This document shows positions 58,930 through 64,000 of a DNA stretch of 64,000 nt, in pieces. The position numbers and the translations under genes were made by a program. Below the pieces are notes generated by a model. It was not told the origin of the DNA and did no database searches. It saw only the letters and a list, made by a program, of their open reading frames with translations. This DNA is from Candidatus Dojkabacteria bacterium (lineage in GTDB: Bacteria > Patescibacteriota > Dojkabacteria > B142 > JAFGFJ01): positions 472,652-536,651 of the forward strand of contig JAFGFJ010000006.1 of NCBI GenBank assembly GCA_016931155.1, written 5' to 3'. Numbering within the stretch: position 1 is the first letter of the stretch; each line of letters begins with the position of its first letter.

Positions 58930-60411
58930 ATGAAGAAAGTATTTCCAATAATAATTGTTTTGTCGGCTGTGGTACTTGCAGTTGTAGCAGTTTTGGTTGG
59001 TCTAAGATTGAGACAGCCAGAAAGTACTTTGCCTGACTATATAATGGCTGAGGGTAATAATTGCTGTGGTCAGCCTGATTACGGGGTAGTATGTGACACT
59101 GACCAGAAGTTCATTGATGGCTATAATGCTTGTGTGAGTGGCGGTTGTGCTGCCTGCCGGGGAGGTGGTCCAGTTTGCGGAAATGGTCAATGTGAATCTG
59201 GTGAAACCAGTTCAAATTGCCCGGCGGACTGTGGCAGCACCTCATCAAGTAGTTCGTCAGGCGGAGCAGTCTGTGGTAATGGTCAATGTGAATCTGGGGA
59301 AAATGTCTCTAATTGTCCCGTGGATTGTGGAGGACTTGGTACTGGGATGACACAGTGCAACCAGATTGGGAATTGCTCTTATGAGACATGCCCGGATAGT
59401 GTCAGAGCGGATGGAGTAACTACAAATTGCTACCAGGAGGCAATTGCGGCTGGATGTTACAGATCTTTTTGTGGGGGTACTGAAGAGTGTAAATCGCCTG
59501 TGACTTTCATTTGCTACATGGATACAGCAGAGCAGGTGCTTGCGGCCGCGGCAAGGCAGGATGATTGTAGGCAAAATCCTCAGCCAGGAGCAAATCCACC
59601 ATCCAATATATGTGGATCTTTTCAGATAGATTGCAATGGAGGCGGCGATGGTACCGGTGGCTATGATACTTCCGGCTGTACACCATCCAGTTCTTCGTCA
59701 AGTTCCTCGTCAAGTTCAGGAGGTAGTAGTTCATCCAGTTCCTCATCAAGTTCCAGTAGCAGTTCTTCCAGTTCATCCAGCTCTTCAGGTGGAGAGGAAG
59801 AGATAGATGTTAACGTGACGAAAACTGCTTCCGAAGTATGCATTGAAGATCCAGGTATTTCAGTTGTTACCTACACTATTACTTTCTCAAATAATGGTGA
59901 ATCAGCAATTACTGTAGATATTATTGATACTCCTGATACCAGGATAATTTCCTATATAGATGTATTGACAATAAGTGATGGAGGTATACTCGATCCATCT
60001 GCCGGTCAAATAACTTGGGGTCAGATAGAAGTTGAAGCAGGTGGTGTGATCACGAGGACTTACGGAGCAAATATCCCTTCTTCTCTTTTTGGAGAAACAC
60101 TAATAAATGTAGTAATAGTAGAAGACTCTGAAACTCACGAGGAACTGGGAAGGGCGACAGCAGAAGTAATAACATGGTGTGAGCTTCCTAAAACTGCAAT
60201 ATTTTCTGATGCGATGGATAGAGTGATACTTGGTATGGTATTTGTCCTTGCTGGAATTCTTGTGTACAGGATGGATATGACTAATATTGCCCTTGATGCA
60301 TTTAGAAATATTGGTGGAGATAGATTTCTTGCTGTATTCAGTGAGAAAGAGAAGAAGAATTTAATAAAGAGGAGGATAAAGAATCTGGAAAAGAGGTCTC
60401 TCGCTAAATAA
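58930..60411 (+). CDS. cell-surface protein: signal/TM anchor, two CGNGQCESGE-x-SNCP-x-DCG Cys modules, ~45-residue poly-Ser linker, DUF11-like beta domain, C-terminal TM
   Basis: Read from translation; poly-Ser is encoded by the low-complexity AGTTC/TCATC repeat DNA at ~59690-59790. Confidence 0.7.
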   Translation: MKKVFPIIIVLSAVVLAVVAVLVGLRLRQPESTLPDYIMAEGNNCCGQPDYGVVCDTDQKFIDGYNACVSGGCAACRGGGPVCGNGQCESGETSSNCPADCGSTSSSSSSGGAVCGNGQCESGENVSNCPVDCGGLGTGMTQCNQIGNCSYETCPDSVRADGVTTNCYQEAIAAGCYRSFCGGTEECKSPVTFICYMDTAEQVLAAAARQDDCRQNPQPGANPPSNICGSFQIDCNGGGDGTGGYDTSGCTPSSSSSSSSSSSGGSSSSSSSSSSSSSSSSSSSSSGGEEEIDVNVTKTASEVCIEDPGISVVTYTITFSNNGESAITVDIIDTPDTRIISYIDVLTISDGGILDPSAGQITWGQIEVEAGGVITRTYGANIPSSLFGETLINVVIVEDSETHEELGRATAEVITWCELPKTAIFSDAMDRVILGMVFVLAGILVYRMDMTNIALDAFRNIGGDRFLAVFSEKEKKNLIKRRIKNLEKRSLAK

Positions 60412-60503
60412 AATAATGGTCAATCAATTGAATGAATTGAACAAGCTATTCACTCGTTTTTTTATCTCTAGGAATATCTAATACTTTCAAAAATGTTTGT
60501 TAT

Positions 60504-60636
60504 TTCCAGGAATATTTAATATCTCCAGCAATGAGTAGTATCTCCAGAAGTATTTGATTCCTCCAGAAATGCGTAATATCTCCAGAAGTATTTGATACCT
60601 CCAGGAATGAGTAATATCTCCAAGAATAGGGGTACA
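60504..60636 (+). repeat. Tandem array of seven contiguous 19-bp repeats (CTCCAGnAATnnGTAATAT alternating with CTCCAGAAGTATTTGATwC, giving a 38-bp higher-order unit) between convergent genes
   Basis: Units begin at 60504, 60523, 60542, 60561, 60580, 60599 and 60618. Confidence 0.7.
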
Positions 60637-60640
60637 AATT

Positions 60641-61687
60641 TTACCGGTTCTTCAGCATATACTTTGTTCCTCTGCCTTTTCCGTCAATTTTCAGAAGTTT
60701 CTTTTTGACAAGATCATCCAAGTCACGAAAAGCTGTCATTGTGGAAACATCCATCATGTGTACATAATCCTCTCTCTTTACTGCAGGGATATTTTGGAGA
60801 TATCGTAGTATCTTTAGTTGTCTCTTATTTAGATCTAAGAATGGTCGTCTTGTAGTTTTCTCTTCATCAGTAGACAATTTCTGAAGTTTTTCCTTCACAT
60901 CCAGCATATCATTTGATAAGTTTCTAACAAACCTTTCTACCCACAATGTCAAATCTTCGTTGCCTGCCAAAGCAGACGTCCATGATTCTATGTATTCATC
61001 TCCATATATATCAAAATTCCTGGTTATTGGTAGGAAAGTTTCTTCTATATAGCCATTTTTGTACAAAAGCAGATCAGCAATTGCTATCAATGTAAGTTTA
61101 TTTGCAGCCACAAACGGAGATATTCTCATCAGTCTGTAGATGAATATAGCAATTCTAATAACAGGATCAATTTTTCCCTGTTGCGTTTTGTACCATTCAA
61201 TAAGTGAAAGGAGTGTCTCCTGTATTCTTATAGCTTCTATGTTCTTATCTCTTAGGTCAACCCAGTTGTCCAGATTAACATCAATTTCTTCACCGCTTGT
61301 ACGGAATTTTGCTTCCCAGGATTCTTTCCATGTCGTTACCATTATTTTATTTAAATGAAGGAGAATATTCAGGTCTACATCTATATAGGTATTAGCAGTT
61401 GATGATCTTGTGAATTCAAGAGTATTTCTGAAATTATTCAAAATGATCAATTTTGCATCCTGAACATCGAGGTTTTTTCCCTCTGCAAGTCTTTCTGCAT
61501 CCTTAAGAGTAATATTTGCTCCAATTATGTGTGCCAGATGAAAAAGGTTAACTGACTTACTGTCGTTTTTTACTCTTGTAACTGCTCTGGGGGTAAAACC
61601 AGATTTCTGGATTATTATCCTTTCTCTTTCCAATTTGACAAGACTATTTACAATCGAATGAGTAAGGTTAAATTTTGGCTCGTACAT
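60641..61687 (-). CDS. Fic-fold protein with degenerate active-site motif (ISPFVAANKLT in place of HPFx[DE]GNGR) and C-terminal winged HTH
   Basis: Start placed at the ATG complement of 61687-61685. The GTG-initiated track ORF (to 61726) would overlap the tRNA-Thr. Confidence 0.65.
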   Translation of the reverse strand: MYEPKFNLTHSIVNSLVKLERERIIIQKSGFTPRAVTRVKNDSKSVNLFHLAHIIGANITLKDAERLAEGKNLDVQDAKLIILNNFRNTLEFTRSSTANTYIDVDLNILLHLNKIMVTTWKESWEAKFRTSGEEIDVNLDNWVDLRDKNIEAIRIQETLLSLIEWYKTQQGKIDPVIRIAIFIYRLMRISPFVAANKLTLIAIADLLLYKNGYIEETFLPITRNFDIYGDEYIESWTSALAGNEDLTLWVERFVRNLSNDMLDVKEKLQKLSTDEEKTTRRPFLDLNKRQLKILRYLQNIPAVKREDYVHMMDVSTMTAFRDLDDLVKKKLLKIDGKGRGTKYMLKNR

Positions 61688-61721
61688 TGTAGTATAATAA
61701 ATTATGTTTTTTCTTCTATTA

Positions 61722-61796
61722 GCCACTCTAGCTCAGTTGGTAGAGCATCGGTATCGTAAACCGAGGGTCGCGAGTTCGATTCTCGCGGGTGGCTCC
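61722..61796 (+). tRNA. tRNA-Thr (anticodon CGT), CCA encoded
   Basis: Hand-folded cloverleaf; anticodon loop ATCGTAA. Confidence 0.85.
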
Positions 61797-61829
61797 ATCG
61801 GCTTACCTTGAAATCCAACAGAATTGCTT

Positions 61830-61904
61830 TGGAGCGGCGAACCGGGCTCGAACCGGCGACCTCTTCCTTGGGAAGGAAGCATTCTACCACTGAACTACCG
61901 CCGC
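61830..61904 (-). tRNA. tRNA-Gly (anticodon CCC), CCA encoded
   Basis: Hand-folded cloverleaf; anticodon loop TTCCCAA. Confidence 0.85.
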
Positions 61905-61992
61905 ATAGGATATCTTTATCGTAGCAAAAAGCAGATACGTTTATGATACTTTAGAAAAATATTTATAGCAAGGACTATGTGTTTACGGGAAA

Positions 61993-62178
61993 TTATTTTT
62001 CGTCTTCTAATACGGTCAACTCCATTTCACCATCGCTATCAATCAACATAACTTCATATTCCATGCCGCACATCGGGCATTCGACTACGTCGCCTTCTTT
62101 CTTGTCTTCCAGACCAAATTCGTTTTTACATTCATCGCATATGAGTTTTTTGCTCACAGTTTTTAGTTTTTGATCCAT
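61993..62178 (-). CDS. small acidic zinc-ribbon protein (LysW-like pattern)
   Basis: CDEC...15 aa...CPMCG then an acidic C-terminal half; 61 aa. Confidence 0.45.
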   Translation of the reverse strand: MDQKLKTVSKKLICDECKNEFGLEDKKEGDVVECPMCGMEYEVMLIDSDGEMELTVLEDEK

Positions 62179-62277
62179 AATCGGTGTGTTAAAAATATAA
62201 GACAGACCATTATAATAGATATTATCTTTTTTACGTAGTAATATCTAGTAGATTATTTCACATTTTTGGAAACGTAA

Positions 62278-63252
62278 ATGAGCATCTGGTATTACAAAAC
62301 GCTTGCATCGAAGGTTGAAGAAAAATTTAGGTTGACACAGGGTGAAGGAAATACTCCAATTGAACAAGTTTTACTTAAAACTCCGGGTTTTGAACAGGGG
62401 ATGATTATAAAACTGAAAAGAGAAGATTTGAATCCGAACGGTTCGTTTAAGGATAGGAGTTTGGCTTTTCAGGTATCCAGCTATTTCCAGAAAGGAGAAA
62501 AATCACTTGTGATATCATCTTCGGCTAATTCTGCCATAAGTGCGGTGAGTTACGCTAAGATGGCAGGAATCTGTATGCACGTCTTTGTATCTAACAGGAT
62601 AAAGGAAGGCAAAATGAAAAGACTTGAACTAGTGGCCAAACATGGAGACGTGGATAGGAGAGATGAAAATGAAGTAAAAGCTATCATACATACCTCTTAC
62701 AAACCGAAATCTGAAGCACTAAAGTTTGCCAATGATAATAAACTGGTAAATCTCAGAGGTTCTCTGGATGACAATGCACTTGAGGGCTTTAGGACTTTAG
62801 GGTACGAAATTGCTAAAGTTGCGGACATTGTGGATGCTGTATTTATTCCATGCAGCTCTGGAACAAGTACTGCAGGTCTTTACAAGGGTTTGACTGAAAT
62901 AAAGAAAAAAGAAAGTATTCAAATACCGCAAATTCATATTGTACAGACGACTAAAGTCCATCCTATTGCAAAAGAATTTGACAGAAATTTTATAAGGACA
63001 GAAGAAAGTAGAGCAGATGCAATTGTAGATAGGGTTGCTCATAGAAAGGATGAAATTATTGAGATTATTCGTAGTACGGAAGGTAACGGTTGGGTGATTT
63101 CTGATAGTGAAATAATGGATGCAAAAGATGCGTTGGAAAGTGAAGGAATATCTGTGTCTGATACAGCAGCATTGAGCGTGGCAGGGATTTTGAAAGCTGT
63201 AAGAAGTAGATGTCAGTTTATGGCTCCACTAGCGATAATTAGCGGATTATGA
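62278..63252 (+). CDS. threonine synthase-like PLP enzyme (fold type II)
   Basis: NPNGSFKDR PLP-lysine motif; SSSANSAISAVSYA and C-terminal CSSGTS glycine-rich loops. Confidence 0.7.
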   Translation: MSIWYYKTLASKVEEKFRLTQGEGNTPIEQVLLKTPGFEQGMIIKLKREDLNPNGSFKDRSLAFQVSSYFQKGEKSLVISSSANSAISAVSYAKMAGICMHVFVSNRIKEGKMKRLELVAKHGDVDRRDENEVKAIIHTSYKPKSEALKFANDNKLVNLRGSLDDNALEGFRTLGYEIAKVADIVDAVFIPCSSGTSTAGLYKGLTEIKKKESIQIPQIHIVQTTKVHPIAKEFDRNFIRTEESRADAIVDRVAHRKDEIIEIIRSTEGNGWVISDSEIMDAKDALESEGISVSDTAALSVAGILKAVRSRCQFMAPLAIISGL

Positions 63253-63761
63253 TTTATGCTATGCTTGCTCTAATAATTATTCTTTCTCTGCTTATTATTC
63301 TTATGGCTCCTTTTCCAGTAGTTGGCTTTTTTATTGGGGCTCCCTATTATCCTAGTAATAGCAGGAAGGTAAAAAAGATGATTGAACTTGCTGATCTCAG
63401 AAAGGGGCAGACCGTTGCAGACCTTGGTGCAGGTGATGGCAGAGTAATTTATGAGGCTTCAAAAAAAGGAGTAGAAGCTCACTGTATAGAAATAAATCCC
63501 ATACTTACCCTGTATTCGAGATTAAAATTCAGAAAGATAAAAAATATAAAAATAATAAATAAAAACATGTGGAAAGTCGATCTCTCAAGCTATGACAGGA
63601 TATTTTTATTTTGTCTTTCCAAGGAAATGAAAAAGTTTGAGAAGAAACTACAGATGGAAATGAAACCTGGTTCTCTTGTTATTTCAAATATTTTTAAGTT
63701 TAACAAATGGATACCAGTGAAAGCGCAGGATAGTATTTACGTTTATAAGGTAACAAAATGA
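63249..63761 (+). CDS. small SAM-dependent methyltransferase with N-terminal TM segment
   Basis: Motif I VADLGAGDGRV. Confidence 0.65.
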   Translation: MIYAMLALIIILSLLIILMAPFPVVGFFIGAPYYPSNSRKVKKMIELADLRKGQTVADLGAGDGRVIYEASKKGVEAHCIEINPILTLYSRLKFRKIKNIKIINKNMWKVDLSSYDRIFLFCLSKEMKKFEKKLQMEMKPGSLVISNIFKFNKWIPVKAQDSIYVYKVTK

Positions 63762-64000
63762 TAAACCAGAATTTAGTACAGAAAATTAATAAATTAACCA
63801 GAAATTCACCTATTTTTTACGTTACAAATGATGCTGAACGGGCACTCGGGCTCGAAAAGATTTTAAATAATTTTCACATTGTGTGCATAGATCACAATGA
63901 TATGGTTGATTATATGTTGAATGATGGTGTGAAAGTTTTCTGTCTTGAAAAAGAACTTGGAGAAAAAAATGTAATATTCAGAAATTCAGCAAAGCTTTTA
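63758..64000 (+). CDS. partial CDS (N-terminal 81 aa) running off the window end; hypothetical
   Basis: ATGA overlap with the preceding stop; open to the last base of the window. Confidence 0.4.
   Translation, partial: MINQNLVQKINKLTRNSPIFYVTNDAERALGLEKILNNFHIVCIDHNDMVDYMLNDGVKVFCLEKELGEKNVIFRNSAKLL

Noticed and set aside
59690-59790. Low-complexity DNA repeat (AGTTC/TCATCAAG) as a possible mobile element or satellite
   Set aside because: It is in frame within the surface-protein CDS and encodes the poly-Ser stalk.
60504-60636. CRISPR array
   Set aside because: The 19-bp units are directly contiguous with no unique spacers, and there are no cas genes in the window.
61687-61726. Fic gene start at the GTG of the track ORF (61726)
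   Set aside because: The ORF track evidently allows GTG starts. That start would overlap the 5' end of tRNA-Thr, so the in-frame ATG at 61687 is preferred.
61702-61890. 62-aa minus-strand track ORF
   Set aside because: GTG-initiated, and it overlaps both tRNA-Thr and tRNA-Gly(CCC); an artefact of the tRNA sequences.

Overview
The window is AT-rich, gene-dense housekeeping DNA. Short intergenic regions, shortened Mfd/MurE/SSB and the overall gene repertoire suggest a small-genome uncultivated bacterium (CPR/Patescibacteria-like); that placement is inference from sequence only.

Content. It carries three aminoacyl-tRNA synthetase genes (hisS, aspS, lysS), a division/cell-wall (dcw)-like cluster (mraZ-rsmH-ftsL-ftsI-murA-[degenerate murF-like]-ECF sigma-murE) plus mraY and a murC/mpl-type ligase, and repair genes (mfd, mutS, uvrC, dinB, ssb, lexA). 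Seven tRNAs are present: Leu-TAG, Gly-GCC, Phe-GAA, Val-TAC, Thr-CGT, Gly-CCC and one more Gly listed below. The remaining genes are housekeeping or unknown.

Main observation. A ribonucleotide reductase locus reads nrdR - nrdJ (598 aa) - 53-aa coupled ORF - giant nrdJ (1454 aa). The giant gene encodes two complete, diverged class II RNR catalytic cores fused head-to-tail, followed by a single C-terminal tail and a zinc ribbon. That gives three RNR cores in one operon with one tail. A CobO/BtuR-type corrinoid adenosyltransferase nearby could supply AdoCbl.

Other notable items.
- AspRS carries a C-terminal YbaK/ProX-like deacylase domain.
- A TTTCGGTA-containing motif recurs upstream of ssb, the lexA operon, the dinB/miaA intergenic region and an ABC operon; it is a candidate SOS operator.
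- A MurF-derived protein in the dcw-like cluster has lost its P-loop.
- An MFS transporter gene is frameshifted.
- A CYTH/CyaB gene is disrupted and looks like a pseudogene.
- Three GTGGTGA repeats form an MraZ operator upstream of mraZ.
- A 19-bp tandem repeat array (7 units, A/B alternation) sits between two convergent genes.
- A run of about 11-bp-period repeats with an orphan terminator lies in the mfd-mutS intergenic region.
- A membrane protein carries an HExxH motif.
- An aquaporin has NPV/NPM in place of the NPA boxes.

All functional calls come from motif recognition by eye in the provided translations. No database searches were run.
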